Assembly: GCA_000989185.1 (NCBI GenBank)
Contig: LBNX01000002.1
Coordinates: 358,012 to 422,011, forward strand
Length of the DNA stretch: 64,000 nucleotides
DNA from: a candidate division TM6 bacterium GW2011_GWF2_28_16
GTDB taxonomy: Bacteria > Babelota > Babeliae > Babelales > UASB340
Direction: 5' to 3'
Made by a program: the position numbers and the translations under genes. The notes below the pieces were generated by a model, which made no database searches, was not told the origin of the DNA, and saw nothing but the letters and a program-made list of their open reading frames with translations. How positions within the stretch are numbered: the first letter of the stretch is position 1; each line of letters starts with the position of its first letter. Below are positions 9,721 through 18,779 of this stretch, in pieces.

Positions 9721-11730
9721 TTAATTAACACTTAATCTTTGATACGCATAAGTTAAAATATCAGGATCAAAACCTTCGTTTTTGATTAGGTCTAATGCAA
9801 TCTTTGAATAAGATATACCTTCTTTAAAATCATATGGGTAATAAAATGAGCCATCTGATTTTTTTATTGCAGAAACCATGTAGTTTATAATTTCATGGTT
9901 AGTATCATTTTCTAAATTTGTTAAATCTTTAAAATGTGTGGACAGTAGGTATAGAGTGTTATCAAAATCGGCTAGTTTTCTTGCTATGCCATAAGCTGCT
10001 GCAGAACCTTCTTCAGGATTTGTGCCAGTAAAAATTTCGTCCATAATAAAGAATGCAAATTGTTGTTCTTTTAAATTTAATATTGACTGTAAAAGTTTTA
10101 AGGCTCTATCCATTTCAGCTTGAAAAAGAGATTTATCTCCTGTTGCGTCTGTTATATTTAAATATGTATTTAAAATAGTAAATGGTGTAAAAGCCATAAC
10201 ATTTGCAGGAGCAATTCCAATTGTTTGAGCCATGAGTGTAGAAGCAGTAATGGCTTTTAATATTGTTGATTTACCTGCTGCATTTGGTCCTGTAACTAAA
10301 ATTTTACTGTTTGATATTCCCAATTCTAAATTATTGGTTACAACTGTTTTGGGATTTAGGATAGGGTGCCAGAAGTTTTCTATTTTTAGAAATGGTTTTA
10401 ATGCATTTTCTCTATAAGTCACAAAGCAATATCTTGCATTTTCATTACTAATATGTTCTTTAAATAGTTTTGTGATAGATATATAGCTATCTATTTTTGC
10501 GATCAATTTATAATTTTTTAAAAAGTTCGCTTTTAAATTTTTGATTAATTCAAAAGAAGCAAAAATATTTCCTTTATGAGATATCAATGATGGAGAGTCT
10601 GCTTTAAATGTATTTTTATTTAAAATGTTTAGCAGTTTTTTATTTTGATTATTTTTTTCCAAATTTAACTTTATATTTGTTGCTTCTGGCAATAATAAAA
10701 GAAGTTTTGTATCGTTAATAATTAAATTGTTAATGTTTTTTATAGCTTGAATATATCTGCTTGTATTGATCATTCTTTGTTGAATATTATTAGAAGCATC
10801 GAGAATGCTTTTTATTATTGTGTTGTACATTTCTCTAGACAAAAACAAGCCAAATCCAAATCCCAATGCAGCTGCTGGAAGTTGAATTGCCGGCTTATCT
10901 ATCTTGAATGCGGCTGCAAGACTAGAGTTTCCATAATAATTTTCTCCAAAGTTATTCGTAGCACTTATAAAAAACCCTGGACAAAGTAGTGGTGCTGTTA
11001 ATGCCATTATTGAACCAGTAATTAATTGAAATGATAGTGCAGTTCCTAGTGCAGTTGGGCTTGTATTTAATTGATTAAACCCTGGCAATTTAAAATATAT
11101 TAAATTTTTTAGAAAATTTTCAAACATTTTATCAAATGGTTTCCAGAATGATAAAAAATCGTTTTCATATAATTTTATTATTTTTAGATTTTGATTAATA
11201 TTTTCAAATAATGTTTCGTTATTTAATAATGTATGTATTATATCTTGTCTCTTTTTTAAAAGCGTAATATTTGTTGTTGGATTAAAAAGAATTTTTGCTA
11301 ATTTAATACGTCCAAATTTTGTTTCTGTTTTATCTATAAAATGGAAAATACTATTGTCTTTTGTTGTTTCTGAGCTATTAAATAGGCATAAATCTTTTGC
11401 GAGCGTTTCGTTTGATATATTATTGCTTAGTGATTTACTATATTTCTGTTGTAGTTCGAAAATTAATTTATAACATTCGTAATCTGTTAATTTTGGAATT
11501 TCGATTTTATTTTTATTTTTTTTATCTTCTTCTATTATGATTTTATCAGAATTATTTTCAGGTTTGATTATTGATGGCATGAAAAGTTTTTCAATTGAAT
11601 GATATATGTTTTTTGTTTGAGTGTTTGATTGTGTATCATTGTTATTTAATGTAGATGTATCTGGAAATAAAAGAAAACTTTGAATCGTAAATGTGAATAA
11701 AAAGAGTATTGATAGTTTTTTATTTAACAT
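9721..11730 (-). CDS. MutS-family protein (core domain III plus ATPase domain V) with an N-terminal signal sequence and internal TM segments; no mismatch-binding domain
   Basis: Domain III-like FIDKTETKFGRIKLAKILFNPTTNITLLKKRQDII. Walker A GPNAAGKST, SLFQAEM, Walker B FIMDEIFTGTNPEEG, STHF. Hydrophobic N-terminus MLNKKLSILFLFTFTIQSFLLF and central hydrophobic stretches. Confidence 0.8.
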   Translation of the reverse strand: MLNKKLSILFLFTFTIQSFLLFPDTSTLNNNDTQSNTQTKNIYHSIEKLFMPSIIKPENNSDKIIIEEDKKNKNKIEIPKLTDYECYKLIFELQQKYSKSLSNNISNETLAKDLCLFNSSETTKDNSIFHFIDKTETKFGRIKLAKILFNPTTNITLLKKRQDIIHTLLNNETLFENINQNLKIIKLYENDFLSFWKPFDKMFENFLKNLIYFKLPGFNQLNTSPTALGTALSFQLITGSIMALTAPLLCPGFFISATNNFGENYYGNSSLAAAFKIDKPAIQLPAAALGFGFGLFLSREMYNTIIKSILDASNNIQQRMINTSRYIQAIKNINNLIINDTKLLLLLPEATNIKLNLEKNNQNKKLLNILNKNTFKADSPSLISHKGNIFASFELIKNLKANFLKNYKLIAKIDSYISITKLFKEHISNENARYCFVTYRENALKPFLKIENFWHPILNPKTVVTNNLELGISNSKILVTGPNAAGKSTILKAITASTLMAQTIGIAPANVMAFTPFTILNTYLNITDATGDKSLFQAEMDRALKLLQSILNLKEQQFAFFIMDEIFTGTNPEEGSAAAYGIARKLADFDNTLYLLSTHFKDLTNLENDTNHEIINYMVSAIKKSDGSFYYPYDFKEGISYSKIALDLIKNEGFDPDILTYAYQRLSVN

Positions 11731-11832
11731 AAAAAATGCCCCCTGTTATTTGGACTTAATTACATATTAGTTATTTATAGAGGGTAAAAGGCTAGCAAAA
11801 GCTAGTCTTCGCGTCAAACGATAAAATTGAAT

Positions 11833-11865
11833 TTAGCCCTGAATTATGGGAATAATCAGGGCTAA
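11833..11865 (-). terminator. Putative terminator downstream of ndk
   Basis: TTAGCCCTGA...TCAGGGCTAA 10-bp inverted repeat 12 nt past the ndk stop; the U-run is weak. Confidence 0.5.
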
Positions 11866-11876
11866 GATTAAAGAAT

Positions 11877-12284
11877 TTATGCTAATTCTGGAAAAAAGAA
11901 TTTTATCTCTTCTTTAGCAGTCTCTGGTGCATCAGAGCCATGAGTTGCATTTTCGCCTTTACTTGTTCCATAAAGTTTGCGTAAGCTATTCTCTGTTGCC
12001 TTTGTAGAATCTGTATCACCCATTAAATCGCGCCATGCTTTAATAGCATTGTCTTTTTGCAACGCCATTACTATAACGGGGCCAGAGATCATAAATTTTA
12101 CTAATTCATTATAAAAAGGTCTTTCTTTATGCACAGCATAAAATTGTTCTGCTTGGTTTTGTGTAAGCTGTAATTTTTTCATGCCCAAAATATTAAAGCC
12201 TTCTTTTTCGATTCTATCTATAATTTTGCCAGCATTTTTTGCTTTTACAGCATCTGGTTTTATAATTGCGAATGTTTTTTCCAT
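11877..12284 (-). CDS. ndk: Nucleoside diphosphate kinase
   Basis: TFAIIKPDAV start and the active-site His context NATHGSD. Confidence 0.95.
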   Translation of the reverse strand: MEKTFAIIKPDAVKAKNAGKIIDRIEKEGFNILGMKKLQLTQNQAEQFYAVHKERPFYNELVKFMISGPVIVMALQKDNAIKAWRDLMGDTDSTKATENSLRKLYGTSKGENATHGSDAPETAKEEIKFFFPELA

Positions 12285-12311
12285 GATTACCCTATAAAAA
12301 TTAAATAAATT

Positions 12312-12344
12312 AAAAAAAAGAGCCCGCCGGTTTAATGGCGGGCT
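12312..12344 (-). terminator. Rho-independent terminator downstream of rpsA
   Basis: On the minus strand: AGCCCGCC-loop-GGCGGGCT followed by T8. Confidence 0.8.
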
Positions 12345-12368
12345 AATTATAATTACCCAATAAAAATT

Positions 12369-14195
12369 TTACTCTTTATTGCTTTTATTCATGTGAGCTT
12401 CTAAAGCTTGCTGTAAAGAAGATTTTGGTTTTCTTGCATCTTCTTGTTGTGTGTTTTCTTCAGGTTCTCTAGCTGTTACTCTGCGAGGTTTAGAAGTGCC
12501 TGCAGCAGATGAGCCAGCGCCAGCTTCTTTTTTGCCTTTAGATTCTTTAGGTTTACTAGAAGTTCTTAAGCTTAAACCAAGCTTTTTGTCTTCTTCGTTA
12601 ACTTTAACAACTTTGAATTTTCTGGTTTCGCCAACTTGTAATACATCTTCTACTTTTTCTACATCTGTATCAGAAAGTTCAGATATATGTATTAAGCCTT
12701 CAATTCCAGATTCAAGTTTTACAAAAGCGCCAAAGTTTGTAATTTTGGAAACTTTACCTTCAACTTCGCTTCCTACTGGATGCTTAGTTTCGATATTTTC
12801 CCATGGATCGCCTGCAAGTTGTTTTACGCCAAGAGAAACTTTTTTATTATCGCTATCAACGTTTAATACTAAAGCTTCAACTTCGTCACCTTTTTTATAT
12901 TTATCACTAGGGTGATTTATATTGCTTGCCCAAGAAATATCAGAAATATGTACAAGGCCATCAACACCTTCTAGTAATTGAACAAATATACCAAAGTCTG
13001 TAATGTTTGTGATTTTACCCTTAATTTTATCGCCAGCTTTAAATTTAGCAGCAACTTCTTTCCAAGGGTCTTGGCTCATTTGTTTAATACTTAATGACAT
13101 TCTTCTGTTGTCTTTATCAAGAGCTACAACTTTAACTTCTATTGTATCGCCTGCAGCATAGTGCTTAGCTAAGTTTGTAATTCTTTCTGTCCAAGAAATT
13201 TCAGAAATATGTACAAGGCCTTCTACGCCTTTTTCTATTTCTACAAACAAGCCGTAATCTGTAATGCTGGAGATTTTACCTTTAATAATAGATCCAACAG
13301 GATATTTTTTATCAATTTCTGCCCATGGATTATCAGAAAGCTGTTTAATGCCAAGGGATATTTTTTCAAATTGTTTATCAAAAGAAAGAACTTTTACGTT
13401 GATTTCATCACCAATTTTTAATAATTCGCTTGGGTGTGTAATTCTGCCCCAAGACATATCTGTGATGTGTAAAAGACCGTCAATACCACCAATGTCAACA
13501 AACACACCATAGTTGGTGATGTTTTTGACTATACCACGAATCACTTGGCCTTCGCTGACATTTTCTAATGCTTTTTGTTTATCAACGCTTCTTTGTTCTT
13601 CTATAAATTTACGACGGGAAATTATTACATTACCGCGTTTTTTATTAACTTTTAAAATTTTACCGGTAACTTCTTGTCCAACAAATTGATCAAAATTATT
13701 AATTCTTTGAGTATCAACTTGAGATCCTGGTAAAAATGCTGGGATACCAATATCAACGCTAAGACCACCCTTAACTTTGTGTGTTACAACACCTGTTACA
13801 GGCATATCTTTTTCTGCAAATTCGGCAATTTTTTCCCAAGCTCTGATTGCTTTTGCTTTTTGGTAAGAGAGAACTATGTTGCCATATTCATCTTCTACGC
13901 GATCTAAAATGACATCAATTTCGTCATTTACATGCAATTTTTTTAGTTCTATTTCAGAAAATTCATAGTTAGGAATAAAACCGTCAGATTTATAATTTAT
14001 ACTGACTGTAACTCCATTATTTTCTTTTATTATAATTTTGCCTTTAATAATTTTTTCAGCATCAAACCCTTGTAAGGTTTGAGTAAAAATAGCGGCAAGA
14101 TCATTTTTATCTTGTTCGCTTATATTAAAAACTTCTTCTAATAATTCTGTGTTAAGAAGAGGCGAAATAGAGAATTTCTCTGGATTATTTTCCAT
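12369..14195 (-). CDS. rpsA: 30S ribosomal protein S1 (six S1 domains) with a basic, low-complexity C-terminal tail
   Basis: Repeated S1 OB-fold motifs (G.V..I..FG.FV....GL.H.S). Start at ATG 14195 (MENNPEKF) is preferred; the track ORF extends to 14219. Confidence 0.95.
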   Translation of the reverse strand: MENNPEKFSISPLLNTELLEEVFNISEQDKNDLAAIFTQTLQGFDAEKIIKGKIIIKENNGVTVSINYKSDGFIPNYEFSEIELKKLHVNDEIDVILDRVEDEYGNIVLSYQKAKAIRAWEKIAEFAEKDMPVTGVVTHKVKGGLSVDIGIPAFLPGSQVDTQRINNFDQFVGQEVTGKILKVNKKRGNVIISRRKFIEEQRSVDKQKALENVSEGQVIRGIVKNITNYGVFVDIGGIDGLLHITDMSWGRITHPSELLKIGDEINVKVLSFDKQFEKISLGIKQLSDNPWAEIDKKYPVGSIIKGKISSITDYGLFVEIEKGVEGLVHISEISWTERITNLAKHYAAGDTIEVKVVALDKDNRRMSLSIKQMSQDPWKEVAAKFKAGDKIKGKITNITDFGIFVQLLEGVDGLVHISDISWASNINHPSDKYKKGDEVEALVLNVDSDNKKVSLGVKQLAGDPWENIETKHPVGSEVEGKVSKITNFGAFVKLESGIEGLIHISELSDTDVEKVEDVLQVGETRKFKVVKVNEEDKKLGLSLRTSSKPKESKGKKEAGAGSSAAGTSKPRRVTAREPEENTQQEDARKPKSSLQQALEAHMNKSNKE

Positions 14196-14490
14196 TAAAA
14201 TGGATCCTTTGCGATGCACCTAAAACAGATAGTTTTGGTGGTTAATTGGTTTAAATTATATTACACGACAGTAAAATCTAACAAAAATATGCTATTTCGG
14301 CAAGGAAAAGTTGCGATAGATACATTCAAAATCATTAATTTTTTTAATTAAAAAAGCCTAAAAAACCCATTTTTTAATTAGGTTTATGTAAAAAACAGGG
14401 TTTTTTTAGTTAAAAGCCATAAAATTATGTTTTTTCATTTGCAAATAGAAATATTTAATTTAAAATAGTATTATAATTTAAACTATAAAA

Positions 14491-16350
14491 ATGAGGTTAA
14501 ATGTGAAGACTTTTTTAGATAAAATATTAAAAATTATTACATTTGGTTTAGTTGCAAACTCGATTTTGTTTTCTATGGATAATTTCCCTTCTGGAAAAAG
14601 AGAATGGTCGTCATTTGAAAGTATTTCTTCAGAAGAAGATTTACCTTTTAATAATGATGAATATTTTTCGCCACCTGTTTTTGATGAAAAAGATGAAAAA
14701 TTAAATAGTATAAAAATTATGTATGGCGAGCCTATGATTAGGCCAGATGATTATGAATTTAAAAATGTATTAAAAGAAAATTTTCCAGAGTTTGATTCAT
14801 CTGAGCAAGAAGAAGAATATACAAAAGAAATTAATAATTTTGAAAAGCGAAATCAGATGTTAGAAGATATGAATTTATTGGAGCCTGTAGCAAAGCTATA
14901 TTATGTTGATAGAAAGATATATTCACAAACTCGTAACAAAGAGTTTAAAGAAACAAATAGATTAAATTTAAATGATCTTGGTCTTGAGTTAGAAGAGATA
15001 GATAATGTGTTATCTTTTTTTGATGATATTCAAAATTTAGAAAACGCTGTGGATTTTTCTTATACAGATCCCTATGTTAGCGATGATCTTGAAAAAAATA
15101 TTTATCCTATAGTTAAAATAATAAATATTTATCAATATTTTATTTCTTATTTAGATGATTTAAATTATGAAAAATATATAAAAAAAGCGGCTAGCTTTTT
15201 GGAAAATTTGAGATTTGTTTATTTTGAATATATTAAAAATAATAATATAGATATAAATAATAAATTAATTAAAAGTATCAAAAATATGTTTTGTTCTATT
15301 GCTGATGATATCGAAAATCTAGAGCAATTAATGTTTGCTAAAAAATTTGAACAAGTATTAGAATTATTAAATATTGATGGTGTAGCAAGAGCTATTGGTG
15401 CATTTTATGAAAAATACAATTACGATCTAGATTTTTCTGATTCCGAAGAGATTGTTTTAAATTTAATTAAAAATAAAAAAATAAATAATGTAATAGATTC
15501 TATTTTTAACAGAATTTCTTTTGAAGATTCTAATGTTATCAAAAAGGGTTTAGTTAAATTATTATTGAAAATTGAAGAAGTTCTTATTGATGAAATTGAT
15601 CATACAAAAGAGAATAAAGATAAACAAAAAGAATTGATAGAAATTCTTAAGTTGATTTTTAGTAATATTGCTAATTGGAATGAAGATAATTTAGATTCAT
15701 TAAATATATTTTTGTCTGAACATATTTTAGAAAAATTAGGAAATTCTTCTATATTGCAAAAAATTGTAAACAATAAAAATTTAAATTTATTTATTGATAA
15801 ATTTAAAGATCTTATTAATAGATATGCTGAATTAGTAAAAATGATAGATGTAAATCTTTTAATGATTTTAGATTATGTTGGTGATTTAGCGATGTTTAAT
15901 GGTTTTGTTTGTGATATTATATTTGATTTGGTCTTTATTGATCATTATGAATTTGATGAAAATGATTGCAATAATGATGATATTTTAGAATATGTAACAA
16001 ATTTTAGAAATTCTTTGGTAGAAAATAAAACTAGATATGAATCTTGGCTTGATGAATCTTTTAAAATAATTAAATTTGATATTGATTTGAGTATTAAAAA
16101 CTCTGAAAATTATAATGAAATTAATGAGACTACCATTAAAATGAATGTAATTGATTTAGGCAAAGATTTATTATTGTTAAGATTTAGAGCTGTATTGTAT
16201 TTTTTTGGGTATGTTGTTGAATATCTTTCAGAGAAAGATTCGTCTAAACAAACTATAATATACAATAAATTTAAACAAAATAGAGGTTCTATTGGGGATA
16301 TATTTGATCAAATTTTAGACAATGCAAATGAATGCTTATCTAAATTATGA
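14491..16350 (+). CDS. Hypothetical exported/anchored protein, D/E/N/K-rich, no recognised domain
   Basis: Long uninterrupted ORF in an AT-rich genome. N-terminal hydrophobic segment ...ITFGLVANSILFSM. Alternative start GTG 14503, 6 nt after a GAGG SD. Confidence 0.6.
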   Translation: MRLNVKTFLDKILKIITFGLVANSILFSMDNFPSGKREWSSFESISSEEDLPFNNDEYFSPPVFDEKDEKLNSIKIMYGEPMIRPDDYEFKNVLKENFPEFDSSEQEEEYTKEINNFEKRNQMLEDMNLLEPVAKLYYVDRKIYSQTRNKEFKETNRLNLNDLGLELEEIDNVLSFFDDIQNLENAVDFSYTDPYVSDDLEKNIYPIVKIINIYQYFISYLDDLNYEKYIKKAASFLENLRFVYFEYIKNNNIDINNKLIKSIKNMFCSIADDIENLEQLMFAKKFEQVLELLNIDGVARAIGAFYEKYNYDLDFSDSEEIVLNLIKNKKINNVIDSIFNRISFEDSNVIKKGLVKLLLKIEEVLIDEIDHTKENKDKQKELIEILKLIFSNIANWNEDNLDSLNIFLSEHILEKLGNSSILQKIVNNKNLNLFIDKFKDLINRYAELVKMIDVNLLMILDYVGDLAMFNGFVCDIIFDLVFIDHYEFDENDCNNDDILEYVTNFRNSLVENKTRYESWLDESFKIIKFDIDLSIKNSENYNEINETTIKMNVIDLGKDLLLLRFRAVLYFFGYVVEYLSEKDSSKQTIIYNKFKQNRGSIGDIFDQILDNANECLSKL

Positions 16351-17259
16351 TAATAGTAAGTTAGCTGAAGATGAAAAATAATAACAGGAATTACTTACTT
16401 TTTGAAATTTAGATATTTTAAGGTTATAAAATTGAGGCAATTTGCTTAAATTGGCCATAAAATTTGATAAATCTTGTTCTGTTTTAGATTCACCTTTAAA
16501 AACATATTTTTTAAATTTTTTACTATTCTTTTTATTATTTATTTCTATTTTAGTTAATTTAATATTATTAGGTAAACTTTGGGCTATATTTACTAAATTT
16601 TTTATCATCAATTTGTTTTTTTGAGAGTCTTTAGTAATTTTTAAAATGTTATTTTTTTTATTTAATTCTATTTTTAATAAATTATTTTTTAAATTTAAAT
16701 TATTTATCTCAAGATTTAATTTATTATTTAAATTATTTTTATTAATTAAACTTTTTGTTAAAAATATAATTTCAAAAGATATTAAAAAAACAGCAAAAAT
16801 AAGCCAGTTTTTGGGGTCATGTTTTTTTGGCGGTAAAAATTGTTGAAATAAATTTTCCTGAGAGTCTAGAGTTTTTTTAAATATAAAATCTTGAATTTTT
16901 TCTTGTGTATTTATTATTTTTTTTATTTTTAAACTTGTTTTTCCAAAAATTAAAGCTAGTTGCAATATAATTAAATTATTTTTAAATATATTTTCTTGCA
17001 AGTTAATAATAGCGTAACTATTTTTTAGATTATTTTTGTCTAAATAATCTTTAATTAATAAAAATATTTTATTTAAGTTAAAAATTTTATTTTCTGTAAT
17101 ATCTTGTTTATCTAAGTTTATTACTTCTTGATCTTGTAAATTATATTTGTCTTTTGTATTTATTAATCGTGATAAGGTTATATTATCTTGAGTTAAATTT
17201 ATGTAAATTAACTTGTTAAACAAAATCGCCCCCCCCAATTTTATATTAATTAAGTTCAA
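16345..17259 (-). CDS. PilN-like (type IV pilus / T2SS assembly) membrane protein; start uncertain
   Basis: Central TM WLIFAVFLISFEIIFL followed by a coiled coil. C-terminal pattern LPNNIKLTKIEI...YVFKGESKTEQDLSNFMANLSKLPQFYNLKISKF resembles PilN/PilO. TTG start at 17259 has no SD; alternative TTG at 17223 lies 5 nt after the G8 run. Confidence 0.45.
   Translation of the reverse strand: MNLINIKLGGAILFNKLIYINLTQDNITLSRLINTKDKYNLQDQEVINLDKQDITENKIFNLNKIFLLIKDYLDKNNLKNSYAIINLQENIFKNNLIILQLALIFGKTSLKIKKIINTQEKIQDFIFKKTLDSQENLFQQFLPPKKHDPKNWLIFAVFLISFEIIFLTKSLINKNNLNNKLNLEINNLNLKNNLLKIELNKKNNILKITKDSQKNKLMIKNLVNIAQSLPNNIKLTKIEINNKKNSKKFKKYVFKGESKTEQDLSNFMANLSKLPQFYNLKISKFQKVSNSCYYFSSSANLLLS
17229..17236 (-). 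repeat. Homopolymeric G8 tract (C8 on the + strand) at the 5' end of the PilN-like gene
   Basis: Read directly: ...AAATTGGGGGGGGCGATTTTG... on the minus strand. It is the only G/C homopolymer of 8 or more that I saw in the window. Confidence 0.9.
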
Positions 17260-18382
17260 ATTTTTGTATTAAATTTAAATTAATTTCTTTTTTATCTAAT
17301 TCGTCGTTTGTTAATAACCCTGGTTTTGCACCGAATTTGCTTATTACGCTTGAGCTATTTATAATGCCGCGCACAAGAGCTGCTTCTACTTTGTGCCCAG
17401 ATAATATGCTTGCTACAAAACAAGATCCAAAAGAATCTCCAGCACCAAGAGTATCAATTACATTTGTTTTAATACTTGGGTGATAAAATATATTTTTATT
17501 ATTAGCTGCATAAACGCCATTAGCTCCATCTGTAATTACTACAGTTTTGGGGCCCAGTTTTAATATTTCTTTAAAAAATTTCCAGATACTAAAATAATAA
17601 TCTAAATGTTTTAATGGTGAATTTAATAAGCTGGGTTTATTTTCTGTAGTTTCGCATGGTGTACAGTTTAGCATAGAACTTTTTAAGCTTTCTTTATAAT
17701 TACTATCATTTTCTGTTAACGCTATCATAAAAGATTTTGCTTCGTCACTGTTCATAATTATAGTGTCTATATATTTTAAAGAATCTTTTAATGTTTGTGT
17801 GCCTTTAGCTAATTGGCTTATTCCTGGGTTTATAGCTACGGGTATATTATTTTCATGAGCAAAATTTACTATATCAGGTAAAATTTTACTAGATTCATGA
17901 CTTAACGAAGTTATATATATTTGGTCTATATTTTTTATATTATTTAAATTTATATCTTTTTTTTCTATAAAACCATTTGCACCTCTGTACGCAAAAATAG
18001 TGCGTTCGCGTTCTAACGAATTTATAATAAAAGAGGTACCAGTACTTATTTTATTTGTTCTTATTATATTTTTAGTGTCTATATTTTCTTTTTCAAGTTC
18101 TTGTATTATTAAATTTCCAGCTTCGTCTGTGCCAATTTTTGAAATACAAGTTGCCTTAAATCCTAATCTTTTAAAAGAAACAGCAGAATTTGTAGCTCCA
18201 CCACCGGTAAAATTTAAAATATTTTCTATTTCTATTTTATCGCCGGCTTTTAATAGCATATATTTTAGTTGGCAATCTTTTTGATTTATTGTCATATAGT
18301 CTGTACCTTGATTGCTCAAATAGATATCTTTTGTGGCGCCGCCTATGGTTAGTACGTGTAAATTATTTAATATTTTTTTCAT
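17246..18382 (-). CDS. PfkB-family carbohydrate kinase (ribokinase-like)
   Basis: GGGATNSAVSFKRLG N-terminal motif and DTLGAGDSFGSCF C-terminal PfkB signature. Carries a roughly 50-aa insert relative to typical ribokinases. Confidence 0.85.
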   Translation of the reverse strand: MKKILNNLHVLTIGGATKDIYLSNQGTDYMTINQKDCQLKYMLLKAGDKIEIENILNFTGGGATNSAVSFKRLGFKATCISKIGTDEAGNLIIQELEKENIDTKNIIRTNKISTGTSFIINSLERERTIFAYRGANGFIEKKDINLNNIKNIDQIYITSLSHESSKILPDIVNFAHENNIPVAINPGISQLAKGTQTLKDSLKYIDTIIMNSDEAKSFMIALTENDSNYKESLKSSMLNCTPCETTENKPSLLNSPLKHLDYYFSIWKFFKEILKLGPKTVVITDGANGVYAANNKNIFYHPSIKTNVIDTLGAGDSFGSCFVASILSGHKVEAALVRGIINSSSVISKFGAKPGLLTNDELDKKEINLNLIQKFELN

Positions 18383-18479
18383 TTTTATATCCCTAATTTG
18401 TAATTTTTATTTTTCAATAGTAGATTATTTCCCATTTTAAATGCAAGTACAAAAAATATAAATAAGTAAAGGGTTTTAA

Positions 18480-18755
18480 ATGCTAAAAATTAGTAAAATA
18501 TATATTTTGTTAAGTTTTTTAATTTTATCTTATAGTCTGGTTTTTTGCATGGAACGGCATCAGAGACGACAAGGCCCAAATAATGCAACAAACCAAGAAG
18601 AACTTTTAAAAAGACTGGGGATTTTTTTAGGACAAGATGATGAGCGATTAGAAGAATTAAGAGACGCTTTGCGTCAAAATGGGCCATTTAGAGAGCGTGT
18701 TTTTTCTGTGCTTATGGATGAGCAAGAAACAGATGAGGGTGATAGTAAAAAATAA
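18480..18755 (+). CDS. Small secreted protein, basic then acidic, unknown function
   Basis: SD AAAGGG. Signal peptide ...SYSLVFC/M. Sits 24 nt upstream of the next ORF, so probably co-transcribed. Confidence 0.5.
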   Translation: MLKISKIYILLSFLILSYSLVFCMERHQRRQGPNNATNQEELLKRLGIFLGQDDERLEELRDALRQNGPFRERVFSVLMDEQETDEGDSKK

Positions 18756-18779
18756 ATAATAAAAAAGAAAGGGAGTAGT

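Noticed and set aside
9343-11000. ORFs 9343..9585 (-), 10232..10417 (+) and 10747..10989 (+).
   Set aside because: They are antisense to kdsA and the MutS-like gene respectively, with no motifs.
12369-12600. C-terminal ~70-aa basic, Ala/Gly/Ser/Lys-rich extension of ribosomal protein S1 as a novel domain.
   Set aside because: It is low-complexity sequence without repeats or motifs. Variable tails on S1 are common. Nothing testable beyond noting it.
12451-13512. ORFs 12451..12915, 13209..13421 and 13264..13512 on the + strand.
   Set aside because: They lie entirely antisense within the well-supported rpsA gene. They have low-complexity S/L/P/F-rich translations and no SD. They are shadow ORFs.
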